Below, piece after piece: positions 21,042 to 32,534 of a stretch of 64,000 bases of DNA (its first letter is position 1; each line of letters begins with the position of its first letter). The notes beneath the pieces were generated by a model. The model ran no database searches. It was given only the letters and a program-made list of their open reading frames with translations, and had not been told where the DNA came from. The stretch spans positions 1,216,001 to 1,280,000 of the forward strand of contig OY968769.1 in NCBI GenBank assembly GCA_963695345.1, written 5' to 3'. This DNA comes from an uncultured Methanomassiliicoccales archaeon. GTDB taxonomy: Archaea > Thermoplasmatota > Thermoplasmata > Methanomassiliicoccales > UBA472. A program made the position numbers and the translations under genes.

Positions 21042-21206
21042 TAATAGTTAATATATATTATTTGATATATTGAACAAGAACAGTTCTTTGATGGGCTTTA
21101 TCATACCATTTGAGCGGATGATCTACCGCCATCCCTACGATTCCCAAGTGGAATTGACAAAAAAGCCCCTTGAAAACCTTCGTTAGGGGAGCCATGTTAG
21201 ACATTA

Positions 21207-21222
21207 GCAAATCCTTTAAATA
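21207..21222 (+). promoter_or_regulatory. BRE/TATA promoter of the ATP synthase operon
   Basis: gcaaatcc-TTTAAATA about 45 bp upstream of atpH. Confidence 0.6.
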
Positions 21223-21264
21223 TAGTAAAAATATTCCCAACCTGAACCTCCGGGGGCGAGTCCT

Positions 21265-21585
21265 GTGACTAGGGCTGACACACTTCTTCAGATAAAAGAC
21301 GCGGAAGCAAAAGCGTCACAGATAATGATTGAGGCGGACGAGAAGCAGAGGACAATAGTTGCCTCGGCGAGAAAGGACGCCGTCAGAAAGATCCAAGATG
21401 CTGAGGAGAAGCAGAGGGCGGAATTTGAATCCGCGTATTCTGCCGAAAAGGCAAAGGTATCGTCTCAAAGGGACGATATTCTCTCCAAGGGAAAGGCGGA
21501 AGCCTCCAGCGTCAAGGCAAAGGCCGAGCAAAACATTCCAAAGGCCAAAGCGCAATTGAAGCAGGCCTTCGAAGCGAACATCTGA
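21265..21585 (+). CDS. atpH: A-type ATP synthase subunit H
   Basis: LLQIKDAEAKA coiled coil; first gene of the operon. Confidence 0.85.
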   Translation: MTRADTLLQIKDAEAKASQIMIEADEKQRTIVASARKDAVRKIQDAEEKQRAEFESAYSAEKAKVSSQRDDILSKGKAEASSVKAKAEQNIPKAKAQLKQAFEANI

Positions 21586-21596
21586 GAGGATTTTAG

Positions 21597-23712
21597 ATGA
21601 TAATGCCAGAGAAAATGACTAGGATCCTGGTCGTAGGGTCCAAGGAATCCCTATCGCAGACCATAGACATCCTGTATGGTTTGGAGACAGTTCACCTAGT
21701 GGATTTCTCAGCGGATGAGCCAGGGTTTTCCTTGGGTTCACCATTGTCGACTGCGTCGGACGCCTCTCAGAAGCTTCTGAAGCTCCGTTCGATGGAAAGG
21801 GACCTTGACATCAAGGAGGTCAAGGGAATGGAGATCGAGGTCATCCCGATAGGGAAGATCAACTCCGAGGTGGACGAGACCATCAACGGGCTCGAGGCTG
21901 AGATCGTCGGGGTCGTCGAGACCAAGGTCAAGGCCCAGGCTAGACTGCACGAGATCGAACAGAAAAAGAAACAGCTCGAACCGTTCATGTCATTGCCCCT
22001 ACCTATTGAGCTATACTCAGGATATGAGAACCTGACGGTCTTCTTGGGGCAGATCAAGCAAGACCCGACCGCGGGACTGACACAGGCGGTCAAGCAGTTC
22101 GAGATATACAAATCAGATGAGGGCAACTTCGTCGCGGTATTCACTCCCAAGGCGGAGGCGGCAGAGGCGCAGAAAATCCTGATCCAGAACGGCTTCACGG
22201 AAACAATTGCACCTACCGGAAGAGGACTTCCCGCGGAAGAAGTAAAGAGGCTTGACGAGGAGTACGCGGTCGAAAAGAAGACCGCCGACGACGCGTCCGA
22301 GAAGGTCACCAGCCTCAGGGAGAAACACCAATCGTTCATCCTTGCCTCGGACGAGCACCTGAGCATAGTCGTAGAAAAGGCCGAGACGCCCATAAGGCTT
22401 GGAACCACTGCCCACACATTTGCGATGGACGCATGGGTACCTTCCGCCGACATCGGCGCCATCGAGAAGGAGCTCACATCGAAGCTGGGAGACAAGGTCC
22501 TCCTGGAGGTCATCAATGAAGCCCCGAGGGTAGAAGCTCACGAACCGGCAGCACGCCCCGGGATTGCCTCACAAGGAACCGTTGGAAAAGGTTCCGACGC
22601 TGCAACGTAACGGCAAAACGGTCAAACGTTTCGAGTTCCTGACCGAGCTCATCTCCACACCGCGGTATAACGAAATCGACCCCAGCATTTTCTTGTCCAT
22701 CACATTCCCGATATTCTTCGGTCTGATGGTCGGAGACATCGGATACGGAATACCGTTCCTTATCCTGGGAGCGCTTGGGCTGAAGAAGTGCACGAGCAAG
22801 GAATGGCGCACAATCGCAACCATGCTCTTCTACGGCGGTATATGGGCGACCCTGTTCGGTTTCGTCTTGTTCGGGGAAGCTTTCGGTCTGCATTTCGCAC
22901 CCAGATGGGAGCTCGCAACCTCCGGCTTTGCGAGTCTGGAAGCCTTGGAGGCTGCCATACCTTTGGGAAATGAGATGACCTGGTCAAGCTTGACAGGGAT
23001 CGAGTTCCCACACAACCTACTGGGGATCCCGATTGGTATCTTCAGCAAACTGAACGATGTTAAGATCCTCCTCTGGATAACGATTTGGATCGGCATAATC
23101 CACCTGTACCTCGGTTTCGGATTGGGGTTCGTGAACAAGGCCATGAGGCACGGAATGAAACACGCCTTCATGGAAAGGGGAAGCTGGCTCTTCATACTCA
23201 CCGGAGGAGTGTTCCTCCTGGTATACATGGTCAGCACCCTGATCGCACCCTGGTTGATCGACAGTTCGCTCGCGACTATCTGCATGATAATGGGTATCGC
23301 GACCCTTGTGCCTGGGATAGTCATCCTGTTCCTGGCAGAGGGAGCAACATCGATACTTGAGCTACCGGGTCTGCTGAGCAACATAATTTCTTACGCTCGT
23401 CTGGCTGCAGTCGGCATGTCCAAGGCGGGTCTGGCGCTGGCCTTCAACACCATCGCCTTCCAAACCATTTTGGGCTTCGACCCTCATGCAGCCCAGGCGG
23501 CGACCTTCACAAATGCGAGCATTGTGTTGATCATCGTTGCGGTGGCGATATTGATAGTAGGACATCTGACGGTGTTCATCCTAGGGATCCTATCGGCCGG
23601 AATGCACGGCATTAGGCTTCACTATGTTGAGCTCTTCCAAAAATTCTACGAGGGCGGCGGCGTAAAGTTCAACCCGCTGAGAATAGTGAGAAAGCGTACA
23701 AGCGAGAGGTGA
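21597..23712 (+). CDS. atpI: A-type ATP synthase subunit I (one apparent +1 frameshift near 22551)
   Basis: PEKM start, PRYNEIDP, FFGLMVGDIGYG, SYARLAA, RLHYVE. Confidence 0.92.
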
Positions 23713-23717
23713 ATAGA

Positions 23718-23939
23718 ATGGCAATAGAGTCTGGATTAATTGCAATAGGAGCAGGAATAGCAGTGGGAATGGCCGGAGTAGGCTCCGGTATCGGCGAAGG
23801 TCCAATTGGAGCAGCGGCAGTCGGCGCAATGGCCGAGGACGAGAAGCTCTTCGGTAAGGGCCTGGTCATGACTGTTATCCCTGAGACAATCGTTATCTTC
23901 GGTCTGGTCATGGCAATTCTGCTCTGGATCAAGATGTAA
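23718..23939 (+). CDS. atpK: A-type ATP synthase proteolipid subunit K/c (single hairpin)
   Basis: Gly-rich helix 1 (GIGEG) and helix 2 with PETIVIFG. Confidence 0.93.
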   Translation: MAIESGLIAIGAGIAVGMAGVGSGIGEGPIGAAAVGAMAEDEKLFGKGLVMTVIPETIVIFGLVMAILLWIKM

Positions 23940-23981
23940 ATAGGCAATAAGACTGAAAAAAAGGGAACAGGGGGCCCATTC

Positions 23982-24539
23982 ATGGCACTGGATAAGGTAG
24001 TCGGAAACATACTGGAAACCGCCAACATGGAAGAAGCGGCGAAAATAGCGACCGCGGAGAAAGAGAGGGCAACCATCCTTCATCAAGCTGACGAGACGAT
24101 CGCAAATAAGAAAAAGGCTCAAGAGAAGGAACTGGAAATTGTCCTAAAACGCCTGAGGCAGCAGGAGATTTCCAGCGCCGAGCTTGAGGCCAAGAGGATC
24201 GTGCTGAACGCCAAGAAGGAGATACTTGATAAATCATATCAGGAGACTCTCAAAGATTTGGAGTCCATGTCGGTAGCGGAGAAGACAAAGGTTTATCAAA
24301 CGATCTTGACCAAAGCCAAAAAGATCATCCCAAAGCCCAAGGTGTTCTGCCCAAGGGGTGAGTCCCGTCTTGTCCAGAATGATAGTGAAATTATGTCTGT
24401 GACCGAGACAGACATGGCCCCCGGACTGATCCTGGAAAGCCATGATGGGACCGTCCGCCTGGATTACAGATTCAATACGATGCTCGGGGCGGTCTGGGAA
24501 AAGGAACTGAAGAACGTATCAAACGTTCTGTTCGGGTGA
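23982..24539 (+). CDS. atpE: A-type ATP synthase subunit E
   Basis: Coiled coil, GLILES, RLDYRF, terminal VLFG; operon position. Confidence 0.9.
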   Translation: MALDKVVGNILETANMEEAAKIATAEKERATILHQADETIANKKKAQEKELEIVLKRLRQQEISSAELEAKRIVLNAKKEILDKSYQETLKDLESMSVAEKTKVYQTILTKAKKIIPKPKVFCPRGESRLVQNDSEIMSVTETDMAPGLILESHDGTVRLDYRFNTMLGAVWEKELKNVSNVLFG

Positions 24540-24543
24540 ATGA

Positions 24544-25605
24544 ATGTTCGGAAAGAGGGGTAGAAAGGGCAATTACGCATATGCCTGTGCTAGGGTCAAA
24601 GCGAAGAAGAAGTTCCTCCTCGATAAGGAAACCTACCCCAAGCTCATGATGATGGACCTGAGTGAGATCGGAAGATTCCTGGGAGAGACGCAATACAAGG
24701 AGGAGATGACCTCGTTAGCGTCCCGATATGAGGGGGTCAACCTGATCGAGCTCGGTACCAGCCTGAACCTCGCCAGAACGAACAGACAGGTTCTAAGTTT
24801 CTGTACTGGGGACCTTCACGAAATGGTGGAAAAGTACCTGGCTCGTTGGGACATGTGGAATCTTAAGACGATTGTCCGGGGAAAGTTCTACGGAGCCACA
24901 GCCGAGGAGATCCAAGAGGACATCGTGGCCGCTGGGAAGATGAGCGTGGAAAGCCTGAACTTCTTGATATCGCTGTCCACCGTCAGGGACGTATTGGACG
25001 AGGTCAAGAATAAGACCGATATCGCAGTCCCGGAAGAGATCAAATCGATGTACGAAAGCACTGGGACCCTGGCTCCGATAGAAGACTATCTGGACCGGTT
25101 GTTCTATGAGAGACTCGTGGCCAGTGTCTCCGGCAACACGAGACCGCAAAGGTATCTCATGACATTCGTAAGGAAGGAGATCGATGTGACCAACCTTATG
25201 ACGCTTCTCAAGCTCAAGCGCGAAGGAATCGAGATAGAAAGGATTGGTGGTTACTTCATTGATGGCGGTCAAGAACTGCCGCTGAGGGAGCTTAACCGAC
25301 TGGCCGGCATGGAGTCGCTCGAGGCCACAATGGGGGAGCTCACCAAGCTTTCCTTCTACGAACAAATAAAGGAGGCTCTGGAGAAGGCAAAGGAGAGGAA
25401 TTCGCTGACGTTCGTCGCCCTGGCGCTGCAAAGGCACCTGGCAGCACAGTCTCAGAAGTTCTCTCATATGTATCCGCTCTCCGTTCTCCCGATTATCGAT
25501 TACATGATCAGGAAGAAGATCGAGGTCGACAATATCAGGATCATCGCTCGTGGAAAAGAGAGCAAGCTTGATGTCGACCATATCAAAGAACTACTGGTGG
25601 TATAA
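24544..25605 (+). CDS. atpC: A-type ATP synthase subunit C
   Basis: YAYACARVKA, EVDNIRIIARGK. Confidence 0.92.
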   Translation: MFGKRGRKGNYAYACARVKAKKKFLLDKETYPKLMMMDLSEIGRFLGETQYKEEMTSLASRYEGVNLIELGTSLNLARTNRQVLSFCTGDLHEMVEKYLARWDMWNLKTIVRGKFYGATAEEIQEDIVAAGKMSVESLNFLISLSTVRDVLDEVKNKTDIAVPEEIKSMYESTGTLAPIEDYLDRLFYERLVASVSGNTRPQRYLMTFVRKEIDVTNLMTLLKLKREGIEIERIGGYFIDGGQELPLRELNRLAGMESLEATMGELTKLSFYEQIKEALEKAKERNSLTFVALALQRHLAAQSQKFSHMYPLSVLPIIDYMIRKKIEVDNIRIIARGKESKLDVDHIKELLVV

Positions 25606-25898
25606 TGGACATAGCCGTTCTGGGCAGCAATGAATTCGTCCTCGGCTTCAGACTGGGAGGCGTCAAGCGCGTCTATACAGTGAAGCCGGAGAACTACGAG
25701 CAGAAGCTCATGGAGCTCATAGCGGACTCGACGATTGGCGTGCTGGCCATCGATTCTGTTGATACTGAAATGTTAAGCCCTAACGGCCGGAAGAAGGCGA
25801 TGGAATCCATCGCCCCGGTTGTAGTTATGGTGGGCGCAAAAGAAGGCGACCTCAGAGAGAAGGTCAAGAGAGCAATTGGCGTGGATCTGTACAAGTAA
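25605..25898 (+). CDS. atpF: A-type ATP synthase subunit F
   Basis: IAVLG...GFRLGG, LREKVKRAIGVDL. Confidence 0.93.
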   Translation: MDIAVLGSNEFVLGFRLGGVKRVYTVKPENYEQKLMELIADSTIGVLAIDSVDTEMLSPNGRKKAMESIAPVVVMVGAKEGDLREKVKRAIGVDLYK

Positions 25899-25910
25899 TG
25901 AGGGGTAATT

Positions 25911-27641
25911 ATGGCAAAGGAAGGCGAAATCTATAGAGTTGCGGGACCTGTCGTGACGGCAACCGGCATCACCCCGAGGATGTATGACGTTATGCAGGTC
26001 GGCAAGGAAGGCCTGATGGGTGAGGTCATCAAGATCGTAGGTGACAAGACCATCATTCAGGTATACGAGGACACCGCCGGCATAGCACCGGGAGAGAAGG
26101 TCATCGATACCGGACAGCCCCTCGTCGCAGAGTTGGGCCCGGGATTGCTGGGGAGTGTCTACGATGGTATCCAGAGGCCGTTACCGGTCCTAATGGAAAA
26201 GATGGGCGACTTCATCCAGAGGGGCGTCTCAGCCCCAGGACTGGACCACTCTGCAAAGTGGCCATTCACTCCCATCGTCAAGAAGGGAGACAAGGTCGTA
26301 TCAGGACAGATCATCGGTACAGTCCCGGAAAGGTCCATCATCCATAAGGTCATGGTCCCACCAGGCGTCTCTGGTGTTGTCGAGGAGATCAGGGCCGGCG
26401 AGTTCACAGTGGACGACCCGGTAGCCTTGATTGGCGGCAAGAAGGTCACAATGCTTCAGAAATGGCCGGTCCGTATTGGCAGGCCGTTCAGCGTCAAGAC
26501 CGCCCCTGACACCCCGCTGGTTACAGGGCAGAGGATCATGGACACGCTGTTCCCGCTCACCAAAGGCGGTACTGGCGCCATCCCCGGTGCATTCGGTACT
26601 GGAAAGACCGTTACCCAGCAGCAGTTGGCAAAATGGTCCGACGCAGAGATAGTGGTCTACATCGGTTGCGGCGAGCGCGGAAACGAGATGACCGAAGTGC
26701 TTACCACCTTCCCATTCCTGGACGACCCCAAGACCGGAAAGCCCCTGATGGGCAGGACGGTCCTTATCGCAAACACGTCCAACATGCCTGTGGCAGCTCG
26801 TGAGGCATCGGTTTACACCGGAATGACCATCGCCGAGTACTACAGGGACATGGGCTACAACGTATCACTCATGGCAGACTCGACCTCCAGGTGGGCCGAG
26901 GCAATGAGGGAAATCTCCTCCCGGTTGGAAGAGATGCCAGGTGAGGAGGGATATCCCGCTTACCTGTCCGCCAGGCTGTCCGAGTTCTACGAGCGTGCAG
27001 GACGCATCAACACCGTAGCGGGCGACACCGGGTCCATATCCGTCGTCGGCGCCGTCTCCCCACCAGGCGGAGACCTGAACGAGCCGGTCACACAGAACAC
27101 ACTGCGTATCGTCCGTGTCTTCTGGGCGTTGGACTCCAAGCTCCGTGAGAGGAGGCACTTCCCGGCCATCAACTGGCTTACCTCGTACTCGCTGTACGCA
27201 GGCCAGCTGGACGGATGGTACAAATCGAACGTCGCCGAGGACTTCCCCGAACTGAGGAACTGGGCCACTGAACTCCTGCAGAAGGAAGCCGAACTCCAGG
27301 AGATCGTGCAGTTGGTCGGTTCCGACGCACTGCCCGAGGAGCAGAAGCTCGTCCTCGAAGTGGCAAGGACGATCCGTGAGGTCTTCCTGCAGCAAAACGC
27401 ATACCATCCGGTCGACACGTACTCCCCGCTGAAGAGGCAGTACGCCTACCTGAAGACCATCAAGATGTTCTCCGACCGGGCCGAGAAGGCGGTCGAGAAC
27501 GAGATATCCGTCGAGACAATCGCGAACATGCCCATCAGGTCCAAGCTCCAGAGGGCAAAGCTGGAACCCACGGTGGACCAGGACCTCGAGGCGATCATGG
27601 CCGGAATGGACAAGGATTTCGAAGCACTGGGGGCGAAGTAA
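25911..27641 (+). CDS. atpA: A-type ATP synthase subunit A (no intein)
   Basis: [32 protein letters not shown]. Confidence 0.97.
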   Translation: MAKEGEIYRVAGPVVTATGITPRMYDVMQVGKEGLMGEVIKIVGDKTIIQVYEDTAGIAPGEKVIDTGQPLVAELGPGLLGSVYDGIQRPLPVLMEKMGDFIQRGVSAPGLDHSAKWPFTPIVKKGDKVVSGQIIGTVPERSIIHKVMVPPGVSGVVEEIRAGEFTVDDPVALIGGKKVTMLQKWPVRIGRPFSVKTAPDTPLVTGQRIMDTLFPLTKGGTGAIPGAFGTGKTVTQQQLAKWSDAEIVVYIGCGERGNEMTEVLTTFPFLDDPKTGKPLMGRTVLIANTSNMPVAAREASVYTGMTIAEYYRDMGYNVSLMADSTSRWAEAMREISSRLEEMPGEEGYPAYLSARLSEFYERAGRINTVAGDTGSISVVGAVSPPGGDLNEPVTQNTLRIVRVFWALDSKLRERRHFPAINWLTSYSLYAGQLDGWYKSNVAEDFPELRNWATELLQKEAELQEIVQLVGSDALPEEQKLVLEVARTIREVFLQQNAYHPVDTYSPLKRQYAYLKTIKMFSDRAEKAVENEISVETIANMPIRSKLQRAKLEPTVDQDLEAIMAGMDKDFEALGAK

Positions 27642-29024
27642 ATGACATCCAAAGAGTATCACACGGTCTCTCAGATAGCCGGTCCGCTGGTGTTCGTCCA
27701 GAAGACCGAGCCGATCGGATTCAACGAGATCGCCGTCGTCACGATGGCGGACGGCACCGAGAAGAAGGGACAGGTGCTGGACACCTCCAAAGACTACGTC
27801 GTCATCCAGGTTTTCGAGGGAACATCCGGTATCGACAAGAACTGCGGCGCAAAATTCACGGGAGAGACCATGAAGATGCCCGTTTCCCGCGACATGCTGG
27901 GCAGGATCCTGTCCGGTTCCGGAGAGCCTCTGGACGGCGGCCCGGCCATCGTGCCGGAGAAGCGCTTGGACATCAACGGAGCGGCCATCAACCCGTGGGC
28001 CCGTGACTCCCCGTCCGAGTTCATTCAGACCGGCATCTCCACCATCGACGGCATGAACACCCTGGTCAGGGGTCAGAAGCTCCCGATCTTCTCTGCGTCC
28101 GGATTGCCGCACAACGAGATAGCATTGCAGATCGCCAGGCAGGCAAAGGTTCTCGGGTCCAACGAAGAGTTCGCAGTGGTCTTCGCCGCCATGGGTATCA
28201 CCAATGAAGAGGCCAACTACTTCATGAAGGACTTCGAAAGGACCGGCGCGCTGAAGAAGGCCGTCGTCTTCATGAACCTCGCCGACGACCCGGCCATCGA
28301 GCGTATCATCACGCCGAGGCTGGCGCTCACCACCGCGGAGTATCTCGCCTACGAGCTGGGATACCACGTGCTGGTTATCCTCACGGATATCACCAACTAC
28401 TGTGAAGCGCTGAGACAGATCGGCGCGGCCAGAGAAGAGGTGCCCGGCCGTCGCGGATACCCAGGGTACATGTATACCGACCTGGCAACGCTGTACGAGC
28501 GTGCTGGACGTATCAAGGGAAAGAAGGGTTCCATCACCCAGATCCCGATCCTGTCCATGCCCGGTGAGGATATCACCCACCCGATCCCGGACCTTACCGG
28601 ATACATCACGGAAGGTCAGATCGTGGCCAAGAGAGAACTGGTCCGTGCTGGTATCTATCCCCCGGTCGATGTCTCGACATCCCTGTCAAGGCTGATGAAC
28701 GAGGGTATCGGCAAGGGCAAGACCCGTGAGGATCACAAGGCAGTGTCCGACCAGTGCTACGCCGCCTACGCGGAAGGCAAGGACCTGAGAGGTCTCGTGG
28801 CCATCGTCGGAAAGGACGCACTCTCCGAGCGTGACAAGAAGTTCCTGGAGTTCGCCGACCTGTTCGAGAAGCGCTTCGTCAGGCAGGGCAGGGACGAGGA
28901 CCGGGACATCGAGACCACACTGAACCTCAGCTGGGAACTGCTGGCACACCTCGACGAGAGGCAGCTGACCAGGATCGACAAGAAGTACATCGACAAGTAC
29001 CACCCGGCGCACAAGCAGAGCTGA
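27642..29024 (+). CDS. atpB: A-type ATP synthase subunit B
   Basis: [40 protein letters not shown]. Confidence 0.97.
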   Translation: MTSKEYHTVSQIAGPLVFVQKTEPIGFNEIAVVTMADGTEKKGQVLDTSKDYVVIQVFEGTSGIDKNCGAKFTGETMKMPVSRDMLGRILSGSGEPLDGGPAIVPEKRLDINGAAINPWARDSPSEFIQTGISTIDGMNTLVRGQKLPIFSASGLPHNEIALQIARQAKVLGSNEEFAVVFAAMGITNEEANYFMKDFERTGALKKAVVFMNLADDPAIERIITPRLALTTAEYLAYELGYHVLVILTDITNYCEALRQIGAAREEVPGRRGYPGYMYTDLATLYERAGRIKGKKGSITQIPILSMPGEDITHPIPDLTGYITEGQIVAKRELVRAGIYPPVDVSTSLSRLMNEGIGKGKTREDHKAVSDQCYAAYAEGKDLRGLVAIVGKDALSERDKKFLEFADLFEKRFVRQGRDEDRDIETTLNLSWELLAHLDERQLTRIDKKYIDKYHPAHKQS

Positions 29025-29030
29025 TGAAAA

Positions 29031-29666
29031 ATGCCAGCGCGTGAAGTGAAGCCCACCCGGTCAGAGCTCCTCGAGATCAAGAAGAAGATCAAGTTCTCCA
29101 AGACCGGCCATAAGATCCTGAAAATGAAGCGGGACGGCCTGATCTTGGAGTTCTTCAAGATCCTGGAGCAAGCCAAGAAGATCCGGGAGAAGATCGACAA
29201 GGACTACCACAATGCAATGGAGAAGATCGCCATAGCCAAGGCGGTCGACGGCGCAATCGCGGTCCAGTCCTCCGCCTTCGCCCTAAAGCTTCACCCGGAG
29301 ATAACGCTGCGCAGCAAGAACGTCATGGGACTGGTCGTCCCGGAGATCGAGGCCAACAGCATCCGTACCCCCATGGATAAGCGCGGGTACGGTGTCATCG
29401 GCACATCGGTCTACATCGACGAAGCCGCCAAGGCGTTCGAGAACTTGGTCGAGACGCTCATCGAGGCAGCCGAGATCGAAACGACGATGAAGAAGCTGCT
29501 GGAAGAGATAGAGAAGACCAAGCGCCGCGTGAATGCGCTAGAGTTCAAGGTGATCCCGGAATACCAGGCCGCCGAGACCTTCATCAAGATGAGGCTCGAG
29601 GAAATGGAAAGGGAGAACATCTTCAGGCTCAAGCGCATCAAGCAGAAGGCGCAGGTAGCGAAATGA
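29031..29666 (+). CDS. atpD: A-type ATP synthase subunit D
   Basis: KPTRSEL, LKMKRDGL, TKRRVNALE. Confidence 0.95.
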   Translation: MPAREVKPTRSELLEIKKKIKFSKTGHKILKMKRDGLILEFFKILEQAKKIREKIDKDYHNAMEKIAIAKAVDGAIAVQSSAFALKLHPEITLRSKNVMGLVVPEIEANSIRTPMDKRGYGVIGTSVYIDEAAKAFENLVETLIEAAEIETTMKKLLEEIEKTKRRVNALEFKVIPEYQAAETFIKMRLEEMERENIFRLKRIKQKAQVAK

Positions 29667-29791
29667 TGTTCCAGCGGATCGAGAGATATTTCTCGATGAC
29701 GACCCCGGAAGGCCGGGAGCGTCTTTTCCGCCTGGCACAATACGTTTCCTACGGGATGCTGCTACTGGGCTGCATCCTGATCCTGATATGA
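29663..29791 (+). CDS. Small single-TM protein coupled to atpD (may extend to the TAG at 29816)
   Basis: ATGA overlap with the atpD stop; MMFQRIERYFSMTTPEGRERLFRLAQYVSYGMLLLGCILILI; below the ORF-track size cutoff. Confidence 0.6.
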   Translation: MMFQRIERYFSMTTPEGRERLFRLAQYVSYGMLLLGCILILI

Positions 29792-29846
29792 GATCATTAA
29801 CGGCCGTCTCAACTAGGACAGAAAATAAACCATTTTCCCCTTATTC

Positions 29847-31349
29847 TTAGAACATAAAGCTCTGCATGTCCGTTTCTCCGGTACCCAGGTGCACCAGGTA
29901 GAGCTTTGCCGGGTCTGGAGTGAAGTTATGCATCTTCTGGAAAGAGGTCTGTGACTGCCAGGTGGAGGCGTTGATCAAACGGACGCCCTTGTAGTGGGAC
30001 AGCCCCGCACCGTGCACATGTCCGGTGACGAAGATGTCCGGCACGGTATCGATGACCATCATGTCCCTCGGTTCCGGCGCCAACGGGGTCTTCCCGCCAT
30101 ACATTGGCGCCAAATGCCTTCGTTTCAGCATCTCCTTCATCGCCTCGATGGGTTTGGAATAGTTGAGTCCCTTCACCGAGGACATCAGGTCATCGAAGCT
30201 CTTGCCATGGTAAGAAAGGATGGTCCTGCCCTCTACCTTCAGGTAGCAGGGGTTGCCTATCAGAATGGCGTTGGAGTCGAACATCTTGGCGAATTCGCCT
30301 TCGAACGCCGGTTGCGGCTCGGCCGGCCTGACAGCATCATGATTTCCTGGCTGCACGATCACCTTGATCGAGTCGGGGATCTCCTTCAGATACTCAGCCA
30401 GGACCCGGTACTGCCCGAAGATGTCGTCAACGTCCAGCTCCTTTTCCTGATCGGGATAGATACCGATGCCGTCGACGACGTCCCCCGGGATCAGAAGATA
30501 ATTCATTCCCAGGTCCACTGCGTCGGTCTTCAGCCAGTCCATCATTCTTCCCCATTCGGGGCCGAGGAACGTCTTGCTTCCCACGTGCACGTCCGACATG
30601 AACCCGATTATGGACGTGGAATCGGACCGGGGCATGCCGCTGCTGATGGGAACATCGGGCCTTACCAGTTCGGTAGCGGTCATCTTCACACCGGAACCGC
30701 TCTTTTCGTAGGATCCCCCTCCCCGGCGGGCAGGTTTCCCGATGATGCCGATGACCTCATCGTTCAGGATAGAGTCGTTGCCCCCCTTGGCGTCCTTGCC
30801 CAGCATCACCGTTATCCGTCCGGTCTCATCCTCGATCTCGATGATGTGATCGCCGGTCTTGGTCTCCTTTACCTCATTGACGATCCCTATGACCTTGATC
30901 TCCTTCTCCACCATCATGCGGTTCGGGTCAGAGACCCTGCTGATGGTAGTGGAACCGCTCATGTCCCGGCGTTTCTGGAGCATCCCCCGTACGGAGTTGA
31001 AGCGGTCCATGAAATAGTGCGAGAAGCCATCGATGCTGCCTACGCAATGGGAGGCCCCGGTGATGTCCTTTAGCACGATGACGTCGCCGTCGCAATATTC
31101 CCTCGGCCCGATGGCTTCGAGATGAGAGTTGACCTGTGTGAGCGCATCGATCGAGCCGACCTGACATACCGTCCGCAGGTCGCGCATCGTGACCACCAGG
31201 GGCCGGGTCATCAGGCGTGATATGGCCTCCCGGGCATAATTCAAAGGGTCGTTGTTGGCCAGGATGAACTCCTCCGCGTCCGCATCGAGGAGGTATCCTT
31301 CCTTGGCCAGCTCGTCAACGACGTACTCCCGGTTCACGTCAAATGTCAT
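29847..31349 (-). CDS. polB: DNA polymerase D small subunit DP1
   Basis: OB fold plus SDVHVGS, GDVVDG, PGNHD, YHG, RRHLAP and TGHVH phosphoesterase motifs. Confidence 0.95.
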   Translation of the reverse strand: MTFDVNREYVVDELAKEGYLLDADAEEFILANNDPLNYAREAISRLMTRPLVVTMRDLRTVCQVGSIDALTQVNSHLEAIGPREYCDGDVIVLKDITGASHCVGSIDGFSHYFMDRFNSVRGMLQKRRDMSGSTTISRVSDPNRMMVEKEIKVIGIVNEVKETKTGDHIIEIEDETGRITVMLGKDAKGGNDSILNDEVIGIIGKPARRGGGSYEKSGSGVKMTATELVRPDVPISSGMPRSDSTSIIGFMSDVHVGSKTFLGPEWGRMMDWLKTDAVDLGMNYLLIPGDVVDGIGIYPDQEKELDVDDIFGQYRVLAEYLKEIPDSIKVIVQPGNHDAVRPAEPQPAFEGEFAKMFDSNAILIGNPCYLKVEGRTILSYHGKSFDDLMSSVKGLNYSKPIEAMKEMLKRRHLAPMYGGKTPLAPEPRDMMVIDTVPDIFVTGHVHGAGLSHYKGVRLINASTWQSQTSFQKMHNFTPDPAKLYLVHLGTGETDMQSFMF

Positions 31350-31390
31350 GCGAGGCCTGCCTTTAATACTTTCATTTCGATGTTCCGCTT

Positions 31391-31777
31391 ATGCCCCTAG
31401 TTACCATCAGGACGCTTTTACGGCCCACGGAGGACCCGGAGAAGGTCAGGACGGCAATTCTGAACCTATTCCCAGACTGCGAGATCGCCACCGGTCAGGG
31501 AGAGATCGTGGCCAAGGCCGCCTCCTTGGAACGTTTCAAGACAATGATCCGGAACCAGAAGATCCTCGATTCCATTCGGAAAACGCTTCTTTCGGGGGTC
31601 TCTCCCGGTTCCACCTCCCTTTCGCTGAACAAGCAGGCGGCCTTCGTCAAACGCGTCTCGTTATCGGAGGGGAGGGCCGCCCTGGGGAATATGGAAGTAA
31701 CCATCGAGTCCGAGGACATCGAACGTTTGATCGATGAGGTGGCGCCCAGGACGGTGGACGGGGTCGAGGTCCCATGA
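31391..31777 (+). CDS. UPF0201/DUF54 RNA-binding-fold protein
   Basis: PTEDPEKV..AI.NLFP, LNKQAA. Confidence 0.85.
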   Translation: MPLVTIRTLLRPTEDPEKVRTAILNLFPDCEIATGQGEIVAKAASLERFKTMIRNQKILDSIRKTLLSGVSPGSTSLSLNKQAAFVKRVSLSEGRAALGNMEVTIESEDIERLIDEVAPRTVDGVEVP

Positions 31778-32534
31778 TCTCTGTATCCTCACCCGCATTC
31801 TCTTTGATGCCGTTCGACCAGGCGATCGAGACGGTGGCAAAGAACTTCCGCGCCTGGGAGATAGTCGCCGAAGGTCTGCATCGACTGGAGAACATTGAAA
31901 AAAGGTTCATCGAAGTAGCCGGGTCGTTCGACCTGGAGTACTCCGTCCACGCGCCTCTGAGCGATATCAACATCGGCTCGCTCAACCCCGCGATGAGGGA
32001 AGCGTCGCTGAAGGAGGTCCTGGTGGCGATAGAATGCTGCGGCAGGATGGGCATAGACCTGATCACCTTTCACCCGGGGTTCATCTCACCCCTCGGCCAG
32101 CTCGACCGGGGCGCGGTGATGAGGGAGACGGCAAGATCAATAAGGGAGATCGACAGGGCCGCCTCCGAGCACGGAGTGGTGGCCGCCCTCGAGAACATGC
32201 CGAGGATGCCGATCTACCACCTGCACCGAGCCGAGCGGAACTCCTTTCGCTGGTGGAAGGCACGTCGTTAGGGGTCTGTTTCGACATCGGGCACGCCCAC
32301 ACCAACGGGAACATCGACGAGTTCCTGAAGCATGTTGGCCGGTTCTCCAATGTCCACATCCACGACAACGACGGGAGCTCCGACCAGCATCTGACGATCG
32401 GCGAGGGAAGGATCGATTTCGAGCACGTCCTTTCCGCCATGGGAGATTACCGGCGCAGGTATGTGATCGAGGCCAGGAAGATCGAGGGAGCGCCCCTTTC
32501 CGCTCAGCGCCTCAGCAAGTGGCTGGAAGGTTAG
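31774..32534 (+). CDS. Sugar-phosphate isomerase/epimerase (AP endonuclease 2 TIM barrel; two apparent +1 frameshifts at 32214-32234)
   Basis: SVHAP, TFHPG, LENMP, FDIGHA, VHIHDNDG..DQHL..GEG. Confidence 0.85.

Noticed and set aside
26865-28580. 571-aa minus-strand ORF and other long antisense ORFs (for example 29994-31073, 11664-12560, 60412-61278)
   Set aside because: Shadow frames of GC3-rich genes (atpA/atpB, DP1, M20 hydrolase) with no protein motifs
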